Assembly: GCF_000485595.1 (NCBI RefSeq)
Contig: NW_014577084.1
Span: 701,903 to 735,293, forward strand
Direction: 5' to 3'
Origin: Priapulus caudatus
Taxonomy: Eukaryota
Length of the DNA: 33,391 nucleotides
How positions within the stretch are numbered: position 1 is the first letter of the stretch; every line of letters starts with the position of its first letter. The position numbers were made by a program, and so were the translations under genes. The notes beneath the pieces were generated by a model, which searched no databases, had not been told where the DNA came from, and was given only the letters and a program-made list of their open reading frames with translations. This document shows positions 1-12,400 of the stretch, piece after piece.

Positions 1-142
<142 letters not shown>

Positions 143-1069
143 TCTGCACTCGCCCTCCCGAATGCTCTGCCTCTCCTACCCTCTCATCTCTCATATGTCC
201 CACACCTTTTCTCGTTCTTACTATTTATTTTTCTCTTAACTCTCTCTCTCACTCATTCTCTTTAATTATCGTTTGTTCTCTCCCCCCATCTCTCTCTCCT
301 CCCACTCTCATTCTCTCCCTTACCATTGATAATCTTTTTCTAACCTGATAATGATCTCTTAAGTTCAGGCTTTGCTTTAGATAAGATTGAACCGCGTTTC
401 TTTACTCCACGTTTTTTATAAATAGCGGTGTCACCGCCATAGTATACAATTATTTCCTAAACAAATGCTCGCCTCATTTTAGCATCGTCTTCAAATTATA
501 CGTATAAATGATTTGTCTCGTCTTGTCTTAGTACCGAGGGATTCCCAGTGGCCTTCGTCGCGTGAATGGCATATACGGTGAACACCTATCGTGGGCCGGC
601 ACCGTGTTTGGGCCTTTTTGCGGCTTTGCGTGTTTGTATTGCCGCAGCGAGTGAAGCGGCTCGCTCAAATATTGGGCTCCCGTTACAGAAGCACTTTCGC
701 GTGCTGTAACCAATACGGAACTGAGGAGCCTCTCGCAAATCTAAAGCAAACACGTGGCGAGCGTGTCTCCAGCCGGTTCGTGTAGGAATAGCAGGAAGGG
801 CTGTTATCTCGATGCCTACATTTTACGCGTTATCTCTAGATAATTGGTCCGCGAATTCACGGTGACACTAGCAAATGTGGGGATTCGCCCAGTTCTGTTG
901 CACGGCACCCGTCCGTACGCCAGCCAGAAAAACACAGTCGTAGAATCTTGTATATATCTATATACAAATATTTGTATCGGAAATCGTGTGACGTTACTAT
1001 AGTGTCCATTCCGCGTTGTTATCTGCGTATTGTTTCTCATGTCTCTGTCGCTTTCTATGACCCACACAG

Positions 1070-1251
1070 AGGTACCGCATGCGGCAGGGTCGCATCCACC
1101 TAGATCTAGATGAAAGATCCTATGTGACGGATAAGGGTTCAGCCAAGGGTCTCGCGCCGGGGGACAATGCCCAATCCCGACATGCCTTCAATCGGACAGC
1201 TAGTGACAAGATACGGAGCGACAGGTCGATTCCAGACACTAGGCACCAGCT
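1070..1251 (+). CDS. GALNT: GALNT stem exon ([19 protein letters not shown]...[30 protein letters not shown])
   Basis: The HAFN..SD...DR.IPDTRH motif precedes the catalytic domain in GALNT2/14/16. Acceptor cag at 1067-1069 follows a pyrimidine tract; donor gtgag at 1252; phase matches the exon at 19031. An alternative in-frame acceptor at 1085-1087 is possible. Confidence 0.88.
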
Positions 1252-4200
1252 GTGAGTATACACTTGCACACATCCGCGCTGCCACGCGCCGGTGTAGTGC
1301 CTCAGTCTCTCACTCTCACACGGCACAGCCTCCTCCTCCTCCTCATCACGACCGCCTTCTCTTCTACTTCTATCGCCTCTTTCGCCTTCTCCGCCTTTCA
1401 ATAAATGACGTGGTGCTTCTTCTTCCTTCTCTACCCTCTCCGCCTACCATACTCCTACCTCACCAGCCGGCGTAATGCCTCGACCATCTCCCCTCCGAGT
1501 CTCAGTCTTCTCCTTTTCCTTCTCCTACTTCTCCTCCCATTTTTCTCCTTCTCCTGCTCCACCTCCTGCTCTTCCTCCTCCTCCCTTTCCTCTTCTTCCT
1601 CAGCCTTCTCATCGTTCTCTCATCCAACACTCCCTTTCTCTCTCTTTTTTCCTCCTCCCCTTACCAGCGAATCCAAAGTCTGGTGTCGAGTCGTGTATGC
1701 GTTTTTGCTCAGTTAAAAGCTTTTTTACTGCCAGTCTCACTACCCAGTATAGGTCTATTTCGGGGTAGGGAATTTCGTGTAGTATAGATGTAGGCATCAC
1801 TCGTGTCGATTGTAGATATCCTCACCACTCCCTCGACGATTAATCATGTGTACAACATATGGAAAGTGTTTAGATCTTGAACAAAACCCCGTTATTCTTT
1901 TATTTAGGATGATATTCCCCATGGTGGTGTAGACTACGGTATATATTATATATATATTATACGGTATTTATTAGCTCTTGATATATATATAAGGAAGTTT
2001 GTCTTTATTAACTCCTGATATTATATATATATATATATATATATAATATCAGGAGTTAATAAAGACAAACTTCTGTTCTTTATTAACTCCTGATAATATA
2101 TATATAAATCCATACGTGATGGATGCTGTTCCATTCCGTTGCTTGGCGTAGTCATCTACAACGGCGAAGCTAGGGATTTTCGCGTCCGTGAACTTTGACC
2201 GCCACGCTGCGCTGCACGATTTTACGGCGTACGGCTCAGACACCGCCAAAAATCGCACAAGCGAGGCTTCTCAATGCCGAAAAAAAACATGAGTGCTACA
2301 TTGAAACCACGTGTTTAAAATAAAGAGGTTTAAATTAGCAATACGACAGGCACACTTTATGGGGTTCATTCGCAGCGAAGTGTCTGGCGAAGCTGTCTAA
2401 AATGAATTAGAGGGAAAATCCAAAGTGAAACAGATGGTAGTGCTATTCTATCGGTGCAGTTAGCGATATTAGCTTAGCGGAATTTGTCAGCGGTTCGACA
2501 AAAGGGGTGGCACACGATACAAATGAATTGCCCGCTTGCCTTATTTACTGTTGAGCTATTATGAAGCGATGCGTAACTACTGAATAGATAGCAAGCAATG
2601 AAGAGACAATATATGGGTGAGGTGGAGACAACCAGAAATGAAAACAACTGTAGCTACGATATAGCGCAAAGAGGGAAAGGGGACTGTGAAAACGAACGCG
2701 CGATATCGGGGCCGATACCTCATTTAAAGGGAATTACGACACGGCATCACAATATGGAAGGTCGACGTTAGAGAGTCTGCGCGGAGAGAGAATGTAGGAC
2801 GAGAAGCCATCGTGCGCGCGCGGCATCAGCTGCTCGCATATTGGTTTATCTCAAATTTAATCATCGCTCGCGCAGACGGCCGGTTTGCGATGGCGTTGCC
2901 AAGATACCCTCCTCAGCGCCGCCTCAGGTGATATTCCATATCATTCCCCCGCGGGTACCTCACCATAATTTCCGCTCATATTGAATCTAAAGCAATCGGG
3001 CTTTGCTCGATGACGGGATATTTGCGAGTAGGACCCTGCGCAACGGATGGTCGGCGGCGTTTCGCTTGAGCACGATCCACAGCGGGTACGGGGAGCGATG
3101 CCTAAAGCGTCTGGGCGTGCGATACCAGTAAGCCGATGCTCTCCAAGGCATAGAGGTGGAGCGAAGCAACGCAATAAACCTCTGCGACGTATTGAACGAG
3201 AACTATATAGTGGTAATTAACAACTTCCAGCCGATAAACGCAAATGCAAGGATCGGAAGAGAAACCTAATCGTTAACTCACACAGAGCTTGTCATCGCGA
3301 TGGAGCGTGATACAAAGCACGCGCTGCATCCCCCTGTACAGTCGTCAATGAATCGTCTGCAGCGGTAACTACACCTGTGCGGTGTTCGTACAATGACAGA
3401 TGCACCGAACATTCATGAAAAATGGTAAATTTAGTCCAATATCAGAACGTATTACACAATATGGCGTGGCTAAGCGAGGTACCTAATGCACGGCAGACGA
3501 GAAAAACACTGTTTACACTTGTCTAGCGAACATCTGTCAGCAGTTGTTGTGATACGCACGTGTAATACCGGTAGCGTCTGTGACCAAATACTAAAATACA
3601 CTACGTGTGAGAGAAGCTTTGCCATCCATCAGATCAGGAGTGTATCAATACGCTCCTGATCAGATCAAGAGCGTATAAAGAATGGTTCTTTATACGCTCT
3701 TGATCAGATGTAGTCGAGTGGCGCATGCTTGAATCGCAAACACGATGAAATAATGTATTTGTGTCCGCTATTAACTAGGTGGGTTAGTGTCTAAATTACG
3801 AACTAGTGTGTGTGGAGGTGCGGCTGTGGGTAGTAGTAAAAATCATACATATACAGCAAGAGCTCATAATAGAGATCTATCTATGATGAGCTCTTGATAT
3901 ACAGTGTATGTTCGAATTCGCGCACACCATCCGCGATATGCATCCGCATAGCACACAGTATACGTGTATTGAACGAATGGAAGCAAGGTTCTGCGAGAGA
4001 TTCCGGTTTCTTGACATTTGCTAGCGTCACAATATCAGACGGGCGTGACCTCATTAGGAGCTCATTTATTTTTGTAGAGTAAAAATACATTTACAGCTAG
4101 TCTTGCCCCCGCTGTTTGTGAATCTACAAGAGTGACGTGTGGTCTGCTGCGTTTTTTAATGTAGCATATCGATATGTTAACGTGAAACTCAGATGTGAGT

Positions 4201-7200
4201 TATCCGATTCCAATTTTCTGCTTCTCACCATGCATACCGTGCTTAATACCACGACTGTGAATTAATAAATTCGCATCATTTTCAACAAACACGGAGAGGT
4301 TTTCTAATCGGCTACTATGTATTAAACGACAATATCATCTAGCTCCTCCTGTAAATCATCTATCTGATAAGCCAATTTGTTAATGCGGTCATATGTCTCC
4401 GGAGACCGCAATCGTGTGACTGGGAAGGAAAAATATCGTGAATTTTTTAAGGATATGCAGAAGTATCTGGATCGTAGCTATAGTAGTTGAGTGTGTTGTG
4501 ACTTGTGAAGCCAATAAAATGGTTCCAACTCAACCATTCTGCGCATGAAATATAAATATCTGTAGTTTAACCCATTAACTAAACAGTGGAGGGGAGCCTC
4601 ACCGAATACTTTCTTAATAGGGAGGTGCCCCACTCCCGGATCTCATCGTCTTAATCGTTGCTTCGCCTCCCATATGACCTCCATCTGTATTCTCCACCAG
4701 GCACGCAATCGTGACCCTCGATATAGCCTTTATTGCGCTAACGTTTCCGTTACTCTTCAAACGAAGTCATTACAAGCGGCTATAGGCAATCGGTCGTTTT
4801 GACATTCTGAAATTTTATGTGACTTTTTACGTGCGCAAGGGTGTGTTCGTTTCTGTTATTTTAACTACACAAGCTGGTTAAGTGCGAAACAAAGGAGGCT
4901 CATGCAAGCGATATCACATTATTATGGCCAAGGGAAAAGTGTCCGCTAGTGGTTGACTGGGTGGCAATTCCTGATAGACCTGAAGTAGACCCCAATGTAT
5001 ACACGTGGAACTAACGGTAAACATTTCGTATTCACGAGTTCATCGAGTTCCAAGATTTCTGTGGCTGCTATGGCATAACATATGCTGACTTCACTTATCA
5101 GTCTTAGGCGTGCATTAATCTTATAGACTCACCGTCATATAGGCGTCTTAGACTGCAGTGCCTCATCCACGCGATGCAAGAGGATTGTCACTAGAGTTTG
5201 TAATCAAACACAAAAGGAGTAATCTAGACGAATGCGGTACAGCCGATAGCGTATCCCCTTCATTATTATTTTCATGAAGAAGGGTTCCTTTGCTTGCGCC
5301 TTATAGCTGTAGTCGTCTGCCCCGGTTTTACATAACATATTTGCGCGAAGGTATTATATGGAAACGGACGCCGTTAGTACTTGATAATAGCATAGGACGA
5401 TTCTCATATTTTATTAGGTAAAACGTGCTGGAGTTGCTGCGATATAGGAAGATCATCCCGTAAGGATAATTTTTCAAATGGAGCCAAAGATTACGTACAG
5501 ATGAACATTTTATAAGCTAACTATGAATCATAGTGCATTACATGGTGAATTATCAGTGTCCGTGCCTCACTAACGAGAACAGCTACATTTCCGCTAGAAA
5601 CCCCCTATTAATATTCATATAGAATACGTTAGGCGTACATATAGCTGTCGCGGACACTCGCACACAGAGGTGGGAGCATATGCCACTAGACGAATGTAAT
5701 CATTTGCAGAATAGAATATGTACTAATATGTAATAAACACAATTAGTAGTACAGTAATAACGTTTGTGTTATCACCGAGCATTGCGTGTTGAACATGCGA
5801 TCGTCTGATGTAGCCATAATTAAAGATTTGTAGTTTAAACACATTGTTGGTCACGGCACTGTTAATCGAAAGATAAAGAATGAGTAGGCCTAAAACTAAA
5901 TTCTTTTTAATTATTCCTGACCGTATATATCCTATCTTTCGCTCGCCGGGTCTTTCATCGAGCGCTATGAGAGCAGCGGCTCGCAAATAGATTTAATCCC
6001 GCAAAGGGCGTACTGGAATTAAACGATTAAAATAAATCATATCGAGTTTTAGAGAGTCGTGTGTAATACCTCGCGCTTGATGGGCAATCAGTGTAATCCT
6101 GAAAATCAAGCATGCTGGGCTTAGAGGGATGCTCTTACATCGCTACATATGTTATACTTGTTATAAGTTACAAATGGCATATAGACTCATCCAATCATGG
6201 TAAATATTTGTCGGTCTTTAAAAACACGTTGTTGTTAGATAGCTGACAATTTTTCGAACGAACCCGTAATCATGTCACAGGATAAGCGCAACAAGCGTAC
6301 AAGAGCGTATAAACTGTTTATAACACATAGTATTTACTAATAATAACGTTAACCGAATACACGTAATAATAATATAACGGGTATATAACTCTTTATAGCA
6401 TATATCAAGAGCACGCTTAATGTGCTCTTGTAATTACGCACCATGTAATTGACACCATGACACAATCCACAAGGGGCTGGTGCGCCTACATGGGAAAATG
6501 GCTTGTCAATAACAACCAGTGCGCGGATCCTGGCGTCACTATTCGTCGCTTGCTCGCCTGGCAGTACGCTAACGTCTTGTTTTCAGCATGGACGAAACGC
6601 CTGTGTAAGGAATGTGTCCTTGTTAACGACGAAATATTTACATTACAACGCCTCCCTTCGAAAAAAGAGTTGTGTGGCGCACCGCGAGAAGGACGTAGTA
6701 ACGTCGTATAACGTGAAACGGGGCGACGCACTATAGACACATTTTTGTGACACATGGGCCCATGTGTTAGTAGTTACGCGGATGTCTGTGCTGGAATTTG
6801 TTACTATGCTGTGCGCCTGCGTAAACCTTTTTTTACGCGGCCCAGAACCTGCGGTAACACTAGCTTCTCCTGCTTCACTTGTGGGAAGTGATCCCTAGCA
6901 GTATGTTTACGGTAAAAAAATATTCTAAGCAGCTGGACATTGAAAGATCAGTAGTAATTAGGAAAAGGGCGTTTTCACAGATGTGCGCCTGCTGCAGACG
7001 ATGGTTGCTAGATTACCTAACCGCGTATGAAAATTCTCCATCCTCAAAAGTTATTGCAGTGAGAATTGTAACGGATTCGGCTAAATATCACTGCAATTTA
7101 TTCCTCTAACGCTATAATGAAAAAAATCTATAAACCATAGCGTCTGTATAAGATTACCAGTGAAACGTAAATGGTATAGGTTTTTATTGACCTTTAGGAA

Positions 7201-9320
7201 AAAAAAGCGTCGGTACCGCTGGATGCTGCGAACCGACTCTATGTCACCACCAAGATGAAGGTGTTGAAACCATGACAGCTGTGAGGTTAATTCGCAACTT
7301 TCCGCCCATTGATCTGTCAACAAGCTTCTCATTGCTTTCACGGATTGACGTGTTTTGACAGTACTACCTGCTTGTTGCTCGGCGCGAGAAGCTGTTTGCT
7401 TTTAAGCGGGCAAGGCATGCAGGACGTCTCAATCGTGTACGCGGTGCGTCACAGGCGTCAGACTATCGTGCGCGGCCGAAGAAAGGGGAGTATATATACG
7501 GGGAGGGTGGTACGTACTACGTACAGCTGTTCCCTCCGCACATACACCCTTACTGCTGTGCACGGCTGTAAATCGAACTCCCGTTAGGTGTTTAATTTAA
7601 TTTAATTTGGCTAGACCAGATTAATCTACGCGGATTATTTGACCGCGTAATGGAGGGGGTGGCGACGCAGCACGAGTAAATTAACGAGTATAATTATATA
7701 CGACCTTCTCGTGCTGTCTGAGCGTGCACGTGCTGTAGGCACGCGCGCCGATCGCGTAGCAATTTACAAAACCTATGAGATTAATCTATATTATAAATAC
7801 ATAGACGGGGTTGTTGCTATATCTTGGTGCTTTTGTGCTGTACGATGATTGTGAGTGAGTCTGTCGTCCTAATTAGAGCAAGAGCTTTCAGTTTGGCCGT
7901 AGACGGTCCCCGTAAGCCGCCGAGAATCCACCCGACGGCTGTTCGTAGACAACTGTAGTCAGTCTAGGTGTTAGACCGCATATTGTCGCTGTGGTTAGCT
8001 TTCGTGAGCAGGTAGGTGTGCACGCGTGCGATGCGTCACCGTAGTGTGATTACCTACCGAATATTAATTACGTCGTTCCCACTGTAATTAGTTGGAGGAT
8101 GTTTAAATTATTTCATCCACAACAATCGAAATACGCGCTCATAATTTGAGCGCTGTGCCAATTAGGGCGATTGAGAGTGCAATGTCATGGAGAGATACTA
8201 TTGTGTGTATGTGTATAAAACGACATCCGGATCCTCGGACGTTTCAAACTCAGTGTGATGTTTTAAGGGCTTCTTCGTATGTCAAACACTCACTGTGCAT
8301 TTATTTACTCGTGTGACGCTGACTACACACACATAAACAAACAAACACACACCCACACACGCGCGTGCGCGCACGCACGCACGCACGCACGCACCACACA
8401 CATGCACGCACGCACACACACACACACACATACACACATGAGCGCGCACGCACACACACAATGATAGACCCGGTTTCAGTGTAACATATCCATAAATTGG
8501 TATTATTTCTACCTTCTTGTCTCCGACCTCCGTCTAGTATCTCGCCTTTGTGCCCCAACTACTATGCAGCCTTCTTAACTTCTAAAGTTCGGTCGTTGAG
8601 TTCTGACAATTCTTATCTTATAGATGTCGCGACTGCTAATCGGTGTCGTTTGCCCGTGAAACATACGAAAAAATAACCTGTCAACATCGTGGAGTAGATT
8701 GTCATATAGCGGCTTCGCATCGATGTGAGCGAACGTTGCACCGGCTAAAGCGGCTTTAATTTGACGGTTAAAACACGTGTCCCTCGTGTTAGCACTGTCG
8801 TCGGCGTGCCGAGGCGGGGGCTCTCATGCCCGTTAGCGCATCTGCTGGCCAGGCGGTTTTGCGTTTAGAATATCCTGAAAATCTAGTCTTGTTAGCACGG
8901 CGCGCGGCCCCTTCGCCGCAGCTCAGCTGGGATAGCTGCGGCGTGGATGAAACGGATTAGCTCGTCAACCGCAGGCGGATCCCAAATTCACGAAAATTAG
9001 TGTAGAATAGCATATAAGCTGCAGGCCCGTAGCCAGGGGGGGGGGGTTCGGGGGGATCGCACGAACCACCCCCGAGCCCTCCCCCGAGCAAAAAAATAAA
9101 AAATAAATTAAAAAATTTTGGTTGATATACCACTTCTCATGCTATGGTGAAATCAGTTGGAAGATAATGTAAGTAATTCCTTAGGTATTGGATAATCCAG
9201 TCCTCCCCTCCCGCACCCTACCCCCGCTCGGTCGCTTCGCGCCCTCACATATAGCCAACATTTAAAACGATCCCCCCCCAATATAAAGCTGGCTACGGGC
9301 CTGTAAGCTGGGAGGTGGGT

Positions 9321-9390
<70 letters not shown>

Positions 9391-9392
9391 TG

Positions 9393-9427
<35 letters not shown>

Positions 9428-12400
9428 TGCGTGCGGGCGTGCGTTTGCGCGTGCGCGTGTCCGTTGTGGAAGAGCAAATAAATAAATGCATAAACGCGAT
9501 GTGAATATTATCGTGACGATATGTTCGGCTTGTTAGGGTTTCTGTATCGCGACATCAAGCAGGTTATCTGCGTTCTGTGGTAATGATTTTCGCTGTATCT
9601 AAGATATCTGCACAACGTAAACTAAAACGTAGACGTAAGCCTGCTTTGCGTAACTTTGATCTTTGTTCATATCACCGGCTGCCCCGAATGACCGAATGGC
9701 CAAACAGCTCATTTGTGGGGTAATTAAGTCTATCGCAGCGGGGAATTAATCACATAGTAAAAACTCGATCGAACGTTGGACGCATTAAAACTGATGTAAT
9801 ATTTTATTGTGCTGCCTTTATGTTGTATGTGTAATATGAGAAGAGGAAATTTACGAGGAAGCGTAGCTGGTTGAACTGCTAAAGGGCCGTTCCAATTAAA
9901 CATAAAAATCCGAAGTTAATTAATATACGCTTGCGCGTTTACGCTGGTCTATACATGAATGGCGGGCACAATAGGTTAGCAAAGTAAATTCTGAGCCTGC
10001 CTTGCCTCCTAGCAAGTATAACTGGCGCGACGAATGGTGTTTTGAATGAGCCGCTCCTCATTTAACATAACATTTGTCGTAGCTTTTCTCTAGCAGTGTA
10101 GAACATGGCACGCCATTTTTCATTCTATTTTGCTTCATCATACGCTGTTCCCGTGGTCGTAAAACTGATGCGTTCGCAATAAACAAACGCCACCAACTTT
10201 GCCATTTTACTCACGAGATTATATTTCTACAAAAAACTAGTTTGCTAACTATTAAAGTCTAAAATTTCCACGCGAGGACACATGGCGATGAGGCGTATAC
10301 CTTACGTACCAATATATAGTGAATTACGAGAACTATAGGAATAGAGCCATCTCAGTCGGGAGAGAAGGTATGTAGAGCGTATGGAGTAAAAGAGCGCCGG
10401 TAAAGGGGCGAAAACTCGGCAGAGGTATTGTGACTAAACTTCGACGTGACGAATCGTTCGAACTTTCACGCGGCGTTTAAACTTTCATACAACACCTGTT
10501 TGTAAGAAAAATTTGTATATGTAACGAAATGCCTTCATGTAAACTAGCACGCACCGAGCATGCGTCATCCAAACATCCGTGCACGTATTCAAACTGCTAG
10601 TATTACAGCTGGTATGGAGCATGTGATCGACTGGTTGCAGAAACGCGAGCCTGTTTAACGCTTCTTGTATAGCGATGATTTTAACATAAGTGTGGAACTA
10701 ACATCATGATTAGAAAGGCTGTTTCGTAGACCTTCATTCACGGTTAGGGCGGCTAGACGATATTAGAGCCGACCAAATGCGATCGTGTTATCGTCCTAAT
10801 CTCTACTCGCATTTTGCTACTTTAATACCACGTTATTTTCGGACGTATGCATGTCTCGCATCGCAATTGCTAAAAATTTGACCTTATTTGATGAACGGTA
10901 AGGCAGAAGTGCAACGATAATTGATGAAAGTTCACATTTTACAAGATTCGCGGAAAACAATCGTGGAATTTATCCACTGTCATAAGACGCTTAAAAATGG
11001 TTTGCTATATTGCTCTTGATTTTGCATATTATTCATGTGCACAGACGTGTATCAGCTGTGACGATTACTCGCCTGGTTAAATGCTCTACAAGTGGTCGTG
11101 GTCGCCATGCATCCGTCCATAAAAGCATTCCCAGACTTCAGACCGTCGTTATATATATCCTTGAATCTGGTTTTAAGGAAAACACGTTCCGCTCTCAGCT
11201 CTGACTGCTATCAGTCTCAGACGGTTAGTGACACGCACATTTAGTTTAGTCAATAGTCGTGGAATATTCATGGCGGGAAAGTACCCAGCAGTCTTTTCGA
11301 AATATCACACATATAGATAGATATACATGGTAGTTTTTATCAATAATAGAAATTCATTATGTTTATGAGTATAACACGCGGCATAATAAAGGAGAGTGAT
11401 TAAAAACGGATTGAAAAACAATGGCGCTGCAATAATTGCGTTTTGTTCATGCGAGAGCTCGGTAGTAGTGAGTGGTCGTATGAGGGAAAATGAGAGAACA
11501 CATCGAACCACGCATGAGATTTTATTGTAAGTTAGTATAAACAGACCAGTTTAGCAAAAGTGTTTATTTCACGGTAATTGAAGAAGTGTAGAAGAAAACT
11601 TGAGGAAGACATACAATTACTATAAAACTGCAAAACTGCTATAAATAAATACATTAATTATTAACGTTGTGATGCAATGTTTGTTATAGGCCCTGGGCGT
11701 TTATTAGTTGTAAGAATAAAGAAATAAAGACGTGAATAGCATTTAACCTGGACTACAATGGTCCTCCTGTCTTTACATAATTACATGAATCGGGTTCCCC
11801 GAGAAATCAGTTTGACTATTAGCTAGCTATTCGTGATTACTATGCGTGTCATCACTGCATCTGCATGCTCATCTCGTTCACATAACAAGCGCGCATCTGT
11901 AGAATTCCTGCAGACGTGACTAGAGTGGCGCCACCCTCATTTATAATGCATGTAAAGCTGGGGAACTTGCTGAAATCTGTGCACGAATTTTGCCGACTTT
12001 CATTATTTATGTGACAGCATTGGAGGCAGCTGATTGAGAGCATGGAAAGTACCTACGTCTGCTATTTCTATGTATTCCTATAAATCTAGCATGATTTATT
12101 GATTGCGCGTCGAGTGCGTGAATTTAGCTGTTGTATAACGTCGGGGATCTCAATAGATTAACGTCTGACATACCCTTCTTCTCTTGAACTCGCTGAAGTG
12201 CCGATAGATTGTTATGACTTGTTCCTTTGTGAATTGGATAAATGTGTTGTCACTTTAACTATTAAATATGCCAATCTAACTAGTAAATATTGCATTATTC
12301 TTAAACGGAGAACGATAAAACATTGATAAGCAGACGCGCCATAGTGCATGCGTTTCGTAGTTCCATACTCCAAACGTAGTTTGCGTACATGCAGTTGTTG

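Noticed and set aside
528..785. Short ORFs as a possible GALNT transmembrane first exon
   Set aside because: No convincing hydrophobic type II anchor with a compatible donor site; the first exon is presumed upstream of the window
1120..1800. Overlapping 60-100 aa ORFs rich in P/S/L/F or E/R/G
   Set aside because: Products of the pyrimidine low-complexity tract; the true exon is in another frame and ends at 1251
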